Shown: positions 25,925 to 36,348, counted from the stretch's first letter. The stretch: DNA of 64,000 nt from an uncultured Candidatus Bathyarchaeia archaeon (GCA_964418675.1 CAYQMM010000002.1:132875-196874), one strand, 5' to 3'. The notes: generated by a model not told the origin, from the letters alone. Translations and numbers: made by a program.

Positions 25925-28075
25925 ATGCTTACCACGAGGCGAACCATCTTGTCCTTCTTCCTTGGCAGAGAGCTGGCGACAGAAACTCCAGTGGAATTAC
26001 CTATCGAAGCATTACACCGCCATTTGATGGCTCTTGGCGCCAGCGGCTCAGGCAAAACAGTGCTCTGCAAATGCATGATGGAAGAGGCTGTACGCCACGG
26101 CATCCCAGTAATCATAGTTGATCCCCAAGGCGACATCTCCTCCCTCGCCCTGAAAGGCAACCCCGAAGAGATTAAGGAACATGGAACGCCCCTGACGATT
26201 CAGGAAGAATATTTTGAGAAGGCACGAATAGCCATATTCACCCCCGCCAGCAGCAAAGGCATCCCCATCAGCGTCAACCCCCTCTCATTTCCGTCAAGAG
26301 ACACCCCCCATGAGGAAGCTATCTTGGCTCTTGACTTGACGGCTTCCTCTCTCTCAAGCTTTCTTGGATACGACCTTGATTCGGATGCTGGAAGAGGAGC
26401 CAAAGCCTACCTCTTCACTCTTCTGGAGCACCTGTGGCGAGAGGGCGAAACCATCAAGGACATGGGACATATGGCTGACTTAGTGCTGAATCCTCATTCA
26501 GAAATCACTGAAACATTGAATCATCTTGTCACAAAGAGGGAGCCTCAAGAGATTGCCCGTAAACTCAGGTTCCTCACCGTGGGCACGCCTTCCCTCATGT
26601 TTCAGAGGGGCGTCCAAATCGACATGGACATGTTCATGAATCAGAGCGACGGAAAGGTTCCCCTCAATATCATCTACTTGAACACTCTCAGCTCCGAAAA
26701 CGATAAACAGTTCTTTCTCGCCACTCTGCTTAGAGAACTTTATGTTTGGATGCTGAAGAATCCCTCAGAAGACATCCAGTTGCTCTTCTATGTTGACGAG
26801 ATTGCTCCCTACATTCCGCCTTATCCGAGGAATCCTCCTCCCAAAGAAGCCTACGCCTTTCTCTTCAAGCAGGCAAGAAAATATGGAGTTGGACTTGTGG
26901 CAGCTACCCAGAACATAACCGACATCGACTACAAAGCCCTCGCTCAGGTGAACACATGGTGCTTGGGTCGCATGATGACACAGCAGGACATTGACCGCGT
27001 TAAGAAGATTATTCAGTCAATAGACCCCTTGCGGGCTGAAATGGTTCTGCAGAAGCTTCCGAGTCTCCGAACCGGCGAATTCCTCATGCTGTCTCCAGAC
27101 GTTTATGATGACGTAGTGAATTTTCAGGTTCGCTGGCTGGTAACAGACCATCTGACGTTGGATGAGAAAGACATCCAAAAGCATTTACCCGCTGAATCAA
27201 GACAATTCTTCGAAAAGTACCTGCTAAAACAAAAAAAGGAGGTGAAAAAGCCTGCTGCAACGCCTCCCCCATCGAAAGCGCTCGCCGAAAGAATTCGGTT
27301 ATTCCTCAATTCTGTTAGGCAAGGTGTCTCCGCTGAGTATGTTGCAGAGAACCTGAATGTGAACGTTGAGGCTGCTGAAGCTGCCCTTGCCTCCCTCGTC
27401 AGGTCTAAGGTTGTGAAGAAGGCTCAAGTTAGGGGGGGCGAAGAGGTTCTATATTGGCTGTCCAAATTCGGCTTTAAGCCCTCCAAGAATGTCGTGGGAG
27501 AAATTTTGATAATTCCTACAAGGATAACTCAGGTGGAAGCAGTTAAAAGAGCTAAATCATGCCTTGAAGGCGGTCTCTTCTTTAAGAAAGAAGAAATTTA
27601 CGATGCAGAGTTTTCTCACCTTCCCCTCTGGAAAGTTTCAGCAACTCGCAAGGCAAAACGCCTATTCTTTTTCCGAAGGGAAGAACTGGACACCTTCTAT
27701 CTCAGCGCCACCACAGGAGCCATGATTTCTCTTGAGAAAAACGCCATGTTGTTCCACAGGTTGATGACAAAGAGCGTAGAAAAACTCAAGGACTTGGATG
27801 ACGATGAGGACATCACGTTCATTCCAAAGCTTCCCAAAGAAGTGCAGAAACTCCCCCGGATAAAGCTGGGAAGAGACAAAATCTACTCAACGTTAAGGTT
27901 GACGCTGGGAGTTAAGCCAGTCTCTGCTGAAGTTGCCCTGTTGCCCGTCTGGAAACTGAAAGTAAGACACAAAAAGAAGAAGAAAAAGCGCACAATCGTC
28001 TTGGATGCGGCTACGGGACGTAGATTAGTTGGAAATTTTCGAGCCCGCCGCTCTTCAAAAAAGCGGAAGAATTAA
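25925..28075 (+). CDS. FtsK/HerA-superfamily (DUF87-like) ATPase with wHTH-like and duplicated C-terminal modules
   Basis: Walker A GASGSGKT, Walker B LLFYVDEIAPY, and VAATQNITDID. The C-terminal 270 aa or so lie outside the ATPase fold (see findings). Confidence 0.7.
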   Translation: MLTTRRTILSFFLGRELATETPVELPIEALHRHLMALGASGSGKTVLCKCMMEEAVRHGIPVIIVDPQGDISSLALKGNPEEIKEHGTPLTIQEEYFEKARIAIFTPASSKGIPISVNPLSFPSRDTPHEEAILALDLTASSLSSFLGYDLDSDAGRGAKAYLFTLLEHLWREGETIKDMGHMADLVLNPHSEITETLNHLVTKREPQEIARKLRFLTVGTPSLMFQRGVQIDMDMFMNQSDGKVPLNIIYLNTLSSENDKQFFLATLLRELYVWMLKNPSEDIQLLFYVDEIAPYIPPYPRNPPPKEAYAFLFKQARKYGVGLVAATQNITDIDYKALAQVNTWCLGRMMTQQDIDRVKKIIQSIDPLRAEMVLQKLPSLRTGEFLMLSPDVYDDVVNFQVRWLVTDHLTLDEKDIQKHLPAESRQFFEKYLLKQKKEVKKPAATPPPSKALAERIRLFLNSVRQGVSAEYVAENLNVNVEAAEAALASLVRSKVVKKAQVRGGEEVLYWLSKFGFKPSKNVVGEILIIPTRITQVEAVKRAKSCLEGGLFFKKEEIYDAEFSHLPLWKVSATRKAKRLFFFRREELDTFYLSATTGAMISLEKNAMLFHRLMTKSVEKLKDLDDDEDITFIPKLPKEVQKLPRIKLGRDKIYSTLRLTLGVKPVSAEVALLPVWKLKVRHKKKKKKRTIVLDAATGRRLVGNFRARRSSKKRKN

Positions 28076-28109
28076 TTGGTAAAACAAAAATTTAGTTCAT
28101 AATGTATAT

Positions 28110-28298
28110 GTGCAAAGGGGATTGAGAAGCTTGAGTCCGGAAGATGAGTTGATTTCAAAACTGAAAGTGGAAATGGGCAAAAAGTTGCCAGTTATGTATA
28201 GGGAGTTGGCAGAGGGAATGCTGGAGCAAAACAAAGAAGTTATCATAAAGTGGTTGAAAGAAAACAAGCATCTAGTGAAAGAAGTGATTGAAAGTTAA
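28110..28298 (+). CDS. small hypothetical protein
   Basis: 62-aa ORF with a GTG start and helical, charged sequence. No family was recognised. Confidence 0.3.
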   Translation: MQRGLRSLSPEDELISKLKVEMGKKLPVMYRELAEGMLEQNKEVIIKWLKENKHLVKEVIES

Positions 28299-28309
28299 GC
28301 GCTTCAGTT

Positions 28310-28672
28310 TTATCTGCTTTCATTTTTCTTCTGTTTTGATGGTTGGCAGGTTTGTTCTTGGAAGATTTCTCCGTAGGCTCTGCAGAAGTATTCGCAGGCT
28401 TTTTTGATTCCCCTTTTTCCCCTCTCGGTTAGATAATAGGTTGTTACTCTTCCCGTCTTTTTTGAGTGTATCAGACTTCGTTTCCTTAAGTCTTTCAGCG
28501 CGGGATAGATGGTTCCGGGATTGGGTTTGGCTCCTTTTCTTTTGCTGATTTCTTCTGCAAGTTCCTGTCCGTACATTGGTCTCTTTGACAGCAACCACAG
28601 TATAAGGAATGAAAGCATTCCTCTCATGTCGCAGCATTCCGGAGGGGGCAGGTCAATGTCTTCTTTTGTCAT
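28310..28672 (-). CDS. padR: PadR family transcriptional regulator
   Basis: LSFLILWLLSKRPMYGQELAEEISKRKGAKPNPGTIYPALKDLRKRSLI is the canonical PadR wHTH. Confidence 0.85.
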   Translation of the reverse strand: MTKEDIDLPPPECCDMRGMLSFLILWLLSKRPMYGQELAEEISKRKGAKPNPGTIYPALKDLRKRSLIHSKKTGRVTTYYLTERGKRGIKKACEYFCRAYGEIFQEQTCQPSKQKKNESR

Positions 28673-28690
28673 TCGGAGTCATTAACTATC

Positions 28691-28739
28691 GGGTATCCAA
28701 TACATTTAAATATTGCTGATGTTACCGTATTGGACATCC
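28691..28739. promoter_or_regulatory. inverted repeat GGGTATCCAATAC-N23-GTATTGGACATCC in the padR/arsM divergent region
   Basis: 11 of 13 arm positions are complementary. The arms bracket an AT-rich ATTTAAATATT element. Confidence 0.35.
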
Positions 28740-29497
28740 AATATGAAGGTGGTGGGATGATGGAAAAAAACGAGAAAATAAAACAACACGTGAAAGAACG
28801 CTACGCAAAAGTGGCAACAGGAAAAACCTGCTGTGACGGGTCCACCTGCGGGTCACAAACTTCGCTTGCCAAGGCAATCGGTTATTCAAACCAAGAACTT
28901 GAAAACCTGCCACAGTCAGTAACAACAGCAGTTGCAGGATGCGGCAACCCAACAGCCCTAGCAGACTTAAAAGAGGGCGAAGTGGTTCTTGACCTTGGCT
29001 CGGGAGGCGGCATAGACGCTTTCTTGGCAGCCAAAAAGGTTGGTTCCAAGGGCAAAGTAATTGGGGTGGACATGACCGAAGAGATGGTTCAACTTGCCGA
29101 GAAAAACGCAGAAAAGATGGGGACTGAGAATGTGGAGTTTCGGCTTGGTGAAATCGAAAAACTTCCAGTTCCAGATGGAACCGCCGACGTTATAATCAGC
29201 AACTGCGTCATTAACCTCTCTCCAGATAAGGACGGAGTTTTCAGAGAAGCTTTTAGAGTGCTGAAACCGAGGGGTCGAATGCTAATCTCCGACATAGTTA
29301 CGCAAGGAGAACTTCCCAAAGAAGTTCGTGAAGACCCTGAAATGTGGAGTGCTTGCATTGCTGGAGCGTTAGACGAGAACGATTATCTCCAGAAAATCAG
29401 AAACGCCGGCTTCGAAAAAGTAGAAGTCGTGGGAAAAACCACGTTTATGGAGAAAGTTTCAAGCATCAAAGTGCGAGCTTACAAACCTCCCAACTAG
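28730..29497 (+). CDS. arsM: arsenite S-adenosylmethionine methyltransferase (ArsM-like)
   Basis: KERYAKVA...CCDGSTCG...[11 protein letters not shown]...[28 protein letters not shown]...CVINLSPDK shows conserved Cys pairs and a class I SAM fold. The likely start is ATG 28757 or 28760. Confidence 0.85.
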   Translation: MDIQYEGGGMMEKNEKIKQHVKERYAKVATGKTCCDGSTCGSQTSLAKAIGYSNQELENLPQSVTTAVAGCGNPTALADLKEGEVVLDLGSGGGIDAFLAAKKVGSKGKVIGVDMTEEMVQLAEKNAEKMGTENVEFRLGEIEKLPVPDGTADVIISNCVINLSPDKDGVFREAFRVLKPRGRMLISDIVTQGELPKEVREDPEMWSACIAGALDENDYLQKIRNAGFEKVEVVGKTTFMEKVSSIKVRAYKPPN

Positions 29498-29538
29498 ACG
29501 CGGGGCGTTCAAATCGCCCTCCATTATTTCTCAGAAGA

Positions 29539-29925
29539 TTAGCTCTTATTTTTCCGCTTTTTCTTGACTTTTGGCGGTAAACTTGAAACGTAGCTCAACG
29601 ATTTTCTGACCCATTTGCTTATCTGTTCAGAATCTTCTAATATCCGTGGGGGTACAACCACATATTCTTTCATGGGTCTCCCGGGCATCGGTTCAAACCT
29701 GATCGCTTGGTCCAACTTTAAGAATTCTATCCTGTCCTCCTCTGACAACCGCAGAAAGAGGCTTTCCTGAAATAAGCCCATGAACATGTTGCCGCCAATG
29801 AAGGCACATGGATAACCAAACATCTTTCTATTCTCTACTGCTACATTTTTTGGAACAAGACGCTCAAAAGTTTCAACAAGTTCTGGAGAAGATTTCTTCC
29901 ACTTCAAATTCTCACCCAACCTCAT
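29539..29925 (-). CDS. TfoX N-terminal domain protein
   Basis: RKMFGYPCAFIGGNMFMGLFQESLFLRLSEED matches the TfoX_N pattern. Confidence 0.6.
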   Translation of the reverse strand: MRLGENLKWKKSSPELVETFERLVPKNVAVENRKMFGYPCAFIGGNMFMGLFQESLFLRLSEEDRIEFLKLDQAIRFEPMPGRPMKEYVVVPPRILEDSEQISKWVRKSLSYVSSLPPKVKKKRKNKS

Positions 29926-30119
29926 TTAGAAGACACTCTTCGCGTTGAGCTAGCCTCCTTGCATTTCATATAGCTTTTGTCAACAACTGAAAAGAGTGCA
30001 TAGTAAGGTTAATAGGTCGGCATTTCATCTAGCATGCTAGTCCACATTTCCGAAAAGCGTATGAGTTCCTTCATAATGTGGCAAAAAATATGCTGACAGG
30101 ACTTCAGGAAAGAAAAATC

Positions 30120-30389
30120 ATGGGAAAGATAGTAATTGCCTTCAAGATTTTTCCGTCAGAATCAACAGTCAACCTTGAAACGCTAAAAGAGAAAATCACG
30201 AAACAGCTGTCAGGCTCTGCTTCAATTAAGGGATTCGCTGAAGAACCCATAGCCTTCGGTCTCTCTGCCCTGATTGTTAAAATGGTTCTCCCCGAAGACA
30301 AATCGGGAGTTCTAGATGAAGTAGAGAACCGCCTGAATAAAATTGTCGGAGTCGGTCAGATACAGACTCTAATGGTCCACAGAATGTAA
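30120..30389 (+). CDS. elongation factor 1-beta (aEF-1beta)
   Basis: MGKIVIAFKIFPSESTVNLETLKEKI...EEPIAFGLSALIVKMVLPE is about 89 aa from ATG 30120. The ORF track begins at an upstream GTG (30078). Confidence 0.85.
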   Translation: MGKIVIAFKIFPSESTVNLETLKEKITKQLSGSASIKGFAEEPIAFGLSALIVKMVLPEDKSGVLDEVENRLNKIVGVGQIQTLMVHRM

Positions 30390-30471
30390 ATTTCCTTTAA
30401 AGTTTATATAGGAAGGTTATCCTTTCGAAAAATGTGGAGTTTCACGATCACACATAAAGGAAGGAAAACAA

Positions 30472-32643
30472 GTGAGCGAAGTCCAACTTAGAGTGGAAGA
30501 CGCCAGACAACGCGACGTCTATAGAGGAATCGCCAGAATAGACCAGCAGACAATGCGAAAATTAGGCATTTCAGCAGGCGACGTAATAGAAATCGTTGGG
30601 AAAAGAAACACGGCAGCCATAGCATGGCCAGCCTACTCTGAAGACCAGAACAGAGAAACAATACGTATCGACGGATTCACCCGCAAGAACGCGGGAGTAG
30701 CCATAAACGAATTTGTTGTAATTCGCCCAGCAAAGGTAAGCAACGCCATAAACGTTGTCTTGGCTCCCATAGATATGAAATTGAACGTGGATGAAGACTT
30801 CACAAACTTCGTGAAGAACAGACTTATGGAGAGAACCTTCGTGGAGGGAGACACAACCCTCGTCATGATGTTAGGCCACGCCATTCCCTTCAGAGTAACC
30901 AAAGCTCGCCCCCACGGAATCGTGAGAATCAGTCACGGCACAAACGTTCAAATCCTAGCTGAACCCGCCCCTGAAGCTAAAGGCGTGCCCCGCACCACCT
31001 ACGAGGATATCGGTGGACTCCACGAGGAGATTCAGCGGATTCGAGAGATGGTTGAGCTTCCGCTACGGCACCCAGAGCTCTTCCAAAGGCTTGGGATAGA
31101 GCCTCCAAAAGGAGTCATGTTACATGGTCCGCCGGGATGTGGAAAAACCCTTCTAGCCAGAGCAGTTGCAAACGAATCTGAGGCTAACTTCTACTCCATA
31201 AACGGTCCAGAGATAATGAGCAAGTTCTACGGCGAGTCAGAGGCTAGGCTCAGGGAGATGTTCCAGCAGGCTCAGAAGAACTCTCCCAGCATCATATTCA
31301 TCGACGAGCTTGACGCCATCGCGCCTAAAAGAGAAGAAGTGACAGGGGAGGTTGAGAGACGAGTTGTCGCTCAGCTTCTCGCACTGATGGACGGTCTTAC
31401 GGGAAGAGGAAACCTCATCGTCATAGGCGCAACAAACAGACCTGAAGCCCTTGACCCAGCTTTAAGAAGACCGGGACGTTTCGACAGAGAGATAGAGATA
31501 GGTGTACCCGACAAAAAAGGACGATTCGAGATACTGCAAATCCACACAAGAGGAATGCCCCTAAGCAAAGACGTTGACCTGAAGAAACTCTCCGAGATGA
31601 CCCACGGTTACACAGGAGCAGACCTGTCCGCCTTAGGTCGCGAAACCGCCATGAAAGCTTTACGCAGATACCTGCCCGAAATAAACTTGGAGGACGAACG
31701 CGTACCCCCCAAAGTTCTAGAGAAGATGGAGGTTCGAATGGAAGACTTCCTGAACGCCTACCGGGAGATTACGCCCACAGCCATGAGAGAAGTCTACATC
31801 GAAGTGCCAACGGTTCGCTGGACAGACATTGGTGGTCTAGAAAACGTGAAAGAGGAGCTCATAGAAGCTGTAGAGTGGCCCCTCAAGAACCCCGGCGTCT
31901 TCGAGCGAATGGGCATACGTCCGCCAAAGGGTATCCTACTTTACGGGCCTCCGGGATGTGGAAAAACCTTACTAGCTAGGGCAGTGGCCACCGAGAGCGA
32001 GGCTAACTTCATAACAATAAAAGGACCAGAGGTCTTTTCCAAGTGGGTTGGCGAATCAGAGAAGGCTATTCGAGAGGTCTTCAGGAAGGCGAGGATGTCT
32101 TCTCCAGCTGTCATATTCTTTGACGAGTTTGATTCTCTTGTTCCTGGAAGAGGGATGGGCTACGCTGACAGTGGAGTTACAGAACGGGTCATCAGTCAAC
32201 TTTTAACGGAGATGGATGGAATAATCTCTCTGGAGGATGTTGTTATTATCGCTGCAACAAACAGACCCGACATAGTGGACCCTGCGATTCTTCGACCTGG
32301 AAGGTTTGACCGTTTGATTTACGTTCCTGAACCCGAACAGGAGAGTAGGTTGGAAATCTTCAAAATCTACACTAGGGATATGCCGCTGGCAAAAGATGTG
32401 GATTTGTCCCAGTTAACTGCCATGACAAAGAAGTATTCTGGAGCGGACATAGAGGCGGTTTGCAGAGAAGCTGGATTGAACGCTCTGAGGAGGGACATGG
32501 AAGCCAAAGAAGTCAATATCAGCGACTTTAAACAAGCTATCGAAAAGATTGGTCCATCTATACTGCCCAACATGGAGACTTGGTACAGGGGCTTCATGAA
32601 ACAGGCGCGGCAGTTGAAGAAGCCCACGACGCCTGTGGCTTAA
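30472..32643 (+). CDS. cdc48: CDC48/VCP-type AAA+ ATPase (N domain plus D1 and D2)
   Basis: Two AAA modules ([15 protein letters not shown] twice; DELDAI and DEFDSL Walker B) and an N-terminal double-psi barrel ([19 protein letters not shown]). Confidence 0.95.
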   Translation: MSEVQLRVEDARQRDVYRGIARIDQQTMRKLGISAGDVIEIVGKRNTAAIAWPAYSEDQNRETIRIDGFTRKNAGVAINEFVVIRPAKVSNAINVVLAPIDMKLNVDEDFTNFVKNRLMERTFVEGDTTLVMMLGHAIPFRVTKARPHGIVRISHGTNVQILAEPAPEAKGVPRTTYEDIGGLHEEIQRIREMVELPLRHPELFQRLGIEPPKGVMLHGPPGCGKTLLARAVANESEANFYSINGPEIMSKFYGESEARLREMFQQAQKNSPSIIFIDELDAIAPKREEVTGEVERRVVAQLLALMDGLTGRGNLIVIGATNRPEALDPALRRPGRFDREIEIGVPDKKGRFEILQIHTRGMPLSKDVDLKKLSEMTHGYTGADLSALGRETAMKALRRYLPEINLEDERVPPKVLEKMEVRMEDFLNAYREITPTAMREVYIEVPTVRWTDIGGLENVKEELIEAVEWPLKNPGVFERMGIRPPKGILLYGPPGCGKTLLARAVATESEANFITIKGPEVFSKWVGESEKAIREVFRKARMSSPAVIFFDEFDSLVPGRGMGYADSGVTERVISQLLTEMDGIISLEDVVIIAATNRPDIVDPAILRPGRFDRLIYVPEPEQESRLEIFKIYTRDMPLAKDVDLSQLTAMTKKYSGADIEAVCREAGLNALRRDMEAKEVNISDFKQAIEKIGPSILPNMETWYRGFMKQARQLKKPTTPVA

Positions 32644-32666
32644 TAGCTACTTCAGGAGTGAAAAAG

Positions 32667-32903
32667 ATGACTCTAAAAACGTGGAGACCGCATCCTCTCT
32701 ATACAGAGATTGTGGAGCTTCTTGAGAGAAAGGGTCCTATGACTGACCTTGAATTATATGATTTGGTAAAGGCAAGTAATGACAGCATAGGGTACAGTGA
32801 CATGAACAAGGCTCTGATGAGGATGGAGATCGAAGGAAAAATCTATGTGTCAACCCTTACCAAAGGAAAGAGAAGAGTTGAATTAACCCCGAAAAAAGGG
32901 TAG
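32667..32903 (+). CDS. small winged-helix-like protein
   Basis: 78 aa from ATG 32667 (YTEIVELLERKGPMTDLELYDLV...). The ORF-track extension to 32580 overlaps cdc48 and is probably not translated. Confidence 0.45.
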   Translation: MTLKTWRPHPLYTEIVELLERKGPMTDLELYDLVKASNDSIGYSDMNKALMRMEIEGKIYVSTLTKGKRRVELTPKKG

Positions 32904-32949
32904 AAACTCCTTCAACTCTCAGGCTGAGCCAGCCTCTAACCAATATCTG

Positions 32950-34002
32950 GTGGCGCAGAACTTGGGTGTAAATTTAAGAGATTTGGTGCCTAAAACAAAG
33001 GTTGACCTCAAGAGCCTAAGCGGCAAGTCTATAGCCATCGACGCCTACAATGCCCTTTATCAGTTTCTAGCCATCATCCGCCAGCCTGACGGAACACCAT
33101 TAAAAGACCGGTCAGGCAAGATAACCAGTCACCTAAGCGGATTATTCTATCGAACTGCCAACCTACTTGAGATGGGCATCAAGGTTGCCTATGTCTTTGA
33201 CGGGGTTCCTCCAGCCCTCAAGGAGGTGGAGATTAAACGTCGAGCCAAAGTCAAGGCAGAGGCTCTCGTCAAGTATGAGAAAGCTTTGAGAGAAGGCAAG
33301 GTGGAGAAGGCTCAAAGCTATGCCCAGATGACCTCACGGCTTAAGGACTACATGGCAGATGACTCGAAGCGACTCCTCAATGAGTTGGGTGTGCCGTGGA
33401 TTCAAGCGCCGTCTGAAGGCGAAGCTCAGGCTGCTTACCTAACGAGAAAGGGCGCCGCCGACTACTGCGCCAGTCAGGACTACGACAGTCTGCTCTTCGG
33501 CGCAACTGCTCTTGTGAGAAACGTGACCATAAGTGGTAGACGGAAGATTCCGAGAAAACCTGTCTACGTCGAGGTTGTTCCGGAAATCATGAAATTGGAT
33601 CAGGTTCTCAAAGAGTTGGAGCTCACTCGGGAGCAGCTGATAGATGTTGGCATTTTGGTGGGAACGGACTTCAATCCTGATGGCGTGAAGGGCATAGGAC
33701 CGAAGACCGCCCTAAAACTGATAAAGCAGCATGGAAGCATTGAGGAGACCATACCCACGCTGAAAGATGCCGAGTTTCCCGCTGAACCCAAGAGAATCCG
33801 AGAAATCTTCCTCAACCCAAAAGTTACGGATAACTACAAGTTGGATTGGAAAGAACCTAACATAGATGGTGTGATACGCTTTCTTTGTGGCGAGAGGGAC
33901 TTTTCTGAGGATAGGGTGCGTAAAGCCTTCAACAGAATGACTGCGGGAATGAAAGAAGCGAAAAGCAAAGTAACTCTTGAAACGTGGTTTGGCAAAAGCT
34001 AG
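32950..34002 (+). CDS. fen: flap endonuclease 1
   Basis: GKSIAIDAYNALYQFL, VFDGVPPALK, APSEGEAQAA, VGTDFNPDGVKGIGPKTALKLI and the C-terminal PIP-like LETWF. Confidence 0.93.
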   Translation: MAQNLGVNLRDLVPKTKVDLKSLSGKSIAIDAYNALYQFLAIIRQPDGTPLKDRSGKITSHLSGLFYRTANLLEMGIKVAYVFDGVPPALKEVEIKRRAKVKAEALVKYEKALREGKVEKAQSYAQMTSRLKDYMADDSKRLLNELGVPWIQAPSEGEAQAAYLTRKGAADYCASQDYDSLLFGATALVRNVTISGRRKIPRKPVYVEVVPEIMKLDQVLKELELTREQLIDVGILVGTDFNPDGVKGIGPKTALKLIKQHGSIEETIPTLKDAEFPAEPKRIREIFLNPKVTDNYKLDWKEPNIDGVIRFLCGERDFSEDRVRKAFNRMTAGMKEAKSKVTLETWFGKS

Positions 34003-34680
34003 TTACGGTTTGAAGCCGTGCTTGCCGATTAAAGGTACGAAGGCTACTCCCCCCAAGTTTTCCTCATGGATTTTTCCGTCTTTTTTCCTGATGCGAATTA
34101 GGGTTTGGTAGAACTGGATGCCTCCCACAGGAACAACAAGGACTCCTCCCTCTTCTAGCTGTTCAATCAACGGTTGGGGGACTGCTGGAGCAGCCGCCGT
34201 AACTAGGATACGCTGGTATGGCGCTTCTTCTGGATACCCTAAGGAACCATCTCTGTGGATAATGGTGATTCGGTCGCTATACCCCGCTTCCGCGATGTTT
34301 CCTATGGCAAGTTCAGCTAACTCGGGGATTCTCTCCACTGTGTAGACGTGTCCCCACTTCTCCTTCGTTGTATCGCTGGGAGCCACTATCTCCGCTATTG
34401 TGGAAGCGTGCCAGCCTGAACCGGCGCCCACCTCCAGAACCTTGTGCCCCACTTCCAACTCGAAGGCTTCATTCATTATAGCTATCATATGCGGCGCAGA
34501 AGCTGTCTGCCCTGAACCTATGGGAAGTGGGCAGTCCACGGCTGCATGAGACTTTACCTCCTCAGGAAGAAAGAGGCGCCGAGGAACCAGACGCAACGCT
34601 CTGATGACGCTGGGCGACCGAAGAAGACCGCTTCGTATCAGCCTTTGAATCAGCTCTTCCCAAGCCTGCTTCTCCATCAT
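34003..34680 (-). CDS. pcm: protein-L-isoaspartate O-methyltransferase
   Basis: GQTASAPHMIAIM...VLEVGAGSGWHA...QLEEGGVLVVPVG. Confidence 0.9.
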   Translation of the reverse strand: MMEKQAWEELIQRLIRSGLLRSPSVIRALRLVPRRLFLPEEVKSHAAVDCPLPIGSGQTASAPHMIAIMNEAFELEVGHKVLEVGAGSGWHASTIAEIVAPSDTTKEKWGHVYTVERIPELAELAIGNIAEAGYSDRITIIHRDGSLGYPEEAPYQRILVTAAAPAVPQPLIEQLEEGGVLVVPVGGIQFYQTLIRIRKKDGKIHEENLGGVAFVPLIGKHGFKP

Positions 34681-34796
34681 TCACCACAACATAATAAAGG
34701 AAAAACATGTGCCTTAAGACTTTACGCATTATCTAGGTTTTTATAATGCATTTCCCTTTCTGGTAAGCTGTTAGTTGCCCTGCAGGGGATGTATCC

Positions 34797-35378
34797 ATGA
34801 TCATAAAACGATTCACAGTTGGCTGGTTATCCACGAACTGTTATGTTGTAGGCTGCGAAGAAACCAAAGAGGCAGTGTTAATTGACCCGGCAGTAGAAAG
34901 CGAGAGGGAAACTGAAGAGATTTTAAATTACGTAAAACAAAACGGCTTCCACATCAAATACATAATTAACACCCACGGGCACTCCGATCACATAGCTGGA
35001 AATGCCATCATGAAAAAGGCAACAGGCGCCCCCCTCCTAATCCACGAGAGCGATGCTTCATTGGTTCATGCCGACAGGAAGCTTCGCGACGGAGATATCA
35101 TTCAGGCTGGGACTCTTAAACTGGTGGTTCTCCACACGCCTGGGCACACGAAAGGCGGCATATCCCTCTTGGGAGACAAGGTTGTTTTCACAGGAGACAC
35201 CCTCTTCTCAGGTTCCGTAGGCAGAACCGACTTTCCAGGCGGCTCTTATGAGGAGCTTATTCAGTCGATTCGCACCAAACTTTTGCCGTTGCCCGACAGC
35301 TTCAAGGTGTATCCTGGGCATGAATCTCCTACCACTATAGGTAAAGAAAAGAAGTATAACCCCTTCTTGCAGATGTGA
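34797..35378 (+). CDS. MBL-fold metallo-hydrolase (glyoxalase II-like)
   Basis: THGHSDHIAGN, HTPGHTKGG and GDTLFSGSVGRTDFPGG. Confidence 0.85.
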   Translation: MIIKRFTVGWLSTNCYVVGCEETKEAVLIDPAVESERETEEILNYVKQNGFHIKYIINTHGHSDHIAGNAIMKKATGAPLLIHESDASLVHADRKLRDGDIIQAGTLKLVVLHTPGHTKGGISLLGDKVVFTGDTLFSGSVGRTDFPGGSYEELIQSIRTKLLPLPDSFKVYPGHESPTTIGKEKKYNPFLQM

Positions 35379-35385
35379 TATTCGC

Positions 35386-36303
35386 GTGCCTCGGGGAAGA
35401 GCCATGGAGATTAGGCTGGACAGCGTGACGGTTCCTTTCAGTTTAGAGCATACCCTAAATTGCGGTCAGCTTTTTCGATGGGAAAAACTGGGAGATTGGT
35501 GGTATGGTGTCGTTGCAGACAGAGTTGTTAAGATAAGACAGGTCGGCGAAAAGTTGCTGTTTCAAGGTTTTCCAGAAGAGGCAAATCCGAGGTTTATCGA
35601 GAGCTACCTGAGGTTGGATGACGACCTGCCATCTATTTATTTCACGGTCAGCAGAGACGAGCATGTGAGAAGGGCAATCAAGCTTTTCTATGGACTGCGG
35701 ATAAGCCGGCAAGAACCATGGGAGTGCCTCATCTCCTACATCTGCGCGACATACAAGAACATCCCAGCCATCAAAAAGATGATCTGCAACATCTCCCAAC
35801 GATTCGGAAAAAAAATCTCCTTTGACGGCTACGAATTCTACACCTTCCCGAAGGCAACTGACCTAGCCCAAGCCAGCCCCAAGGACCTGCGGCGCTGCGG
35901 GCTGGGTTTCAGGGCTGAACGAGTTTTAGAGACCACGAAAATCTTGGACAGAGGAGACTTCTCTTTAGAAGCCTTGAAGAGCATGGATTACAGAGGTGCT
36001 AAGCGAGAACTTTTGTCTTTGCCGGGGGTGGGACCGAAAGTTGCTGACTGTGTTCTTCTCTTCTCCTTAGAAAAACTTGAGGCTTTTCCCGTCGATGTCT
36101 GGATGAAACGGGCAGCCACAAATCTCTATGCAAGCCACTTCGACTCCTCGTTCGTTGATAGAGTTAGCGGTAAAGGCTCCATCACACTGAAGGATTATGA
36201 AGCCATCAGCTGTTTCGGAAGAGAATACTTTGGGATATACGCTGGATACGCACAAGAATACCTCTTTCACCTGCTAAGGAAACAGCAAGAATATAGGCAC
36301 TGA
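35386..36303 (+). CDS. ogg: 8-oxoguanine DNA glycosylase / AP lyase (OGG family, HhH-GPD)
   Basis: LNCGQLFRW, LSLPGVGPKVADCVLLFSL and FPVDVWM. Confidence 0.8.
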   Translation: MPRGRAMEIRLDSVTVPFSLEHTLNCGQLFRWEKLGDWWYGVVADRVVKIRQVGEKLLFQGFPEEANPRFIESYLRLDDDLPSIYFTVSRDEHVRRAIKLFYGLRISRQEPWECLISYICATYKNIPAIKKMICNISQRFGKKISFDGYEFYTFPKATDLAQASPKDLRRCGLGFRAERVLETTKILDRGDFSLEALKSMDYRGAKRELLSLPGVGPKVADCVLLFSLEKLEAFPVDVWMKRAATNLYASHFDSSFVDRVSGKGSITLKDYEAISCFGREYFGIYAGYAQEYLFHLLRKQQEYRH

Positions 36304-36348
36304 ATCGGTTTGGAGTGTGAAGAAGATTTGCCCTTAGGCTTCAAGTAA

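Noticed and set aside
27961-27990. A-rich run AAAAAGAAGAAGAAAAAG in the ATPase gene, considered as a slippery or frameshift site.
   Set aside because: The ORF continues in frame through it. It simply encodes KKKKKK, and there is no evidence of an alternative-frame product.
30029-30040. Perfect 12-bp palindrome CTAGCATGCTAG upstream of the aEF-1beta gene.
   Set aside because: It is a single short palindrome with no second copy or obvious promoter relationship. It could be chance, so it is not promoted to a finding.
32580-32666. 5' extension of ORF 32580-32903 overlapping the end of cdc48.
   Set aside because: The extension overlaps cdc48 by 64 nt in another frame. A Met at 32667 with an upstream purine-rich sequence gives a compact 78-aa protein.
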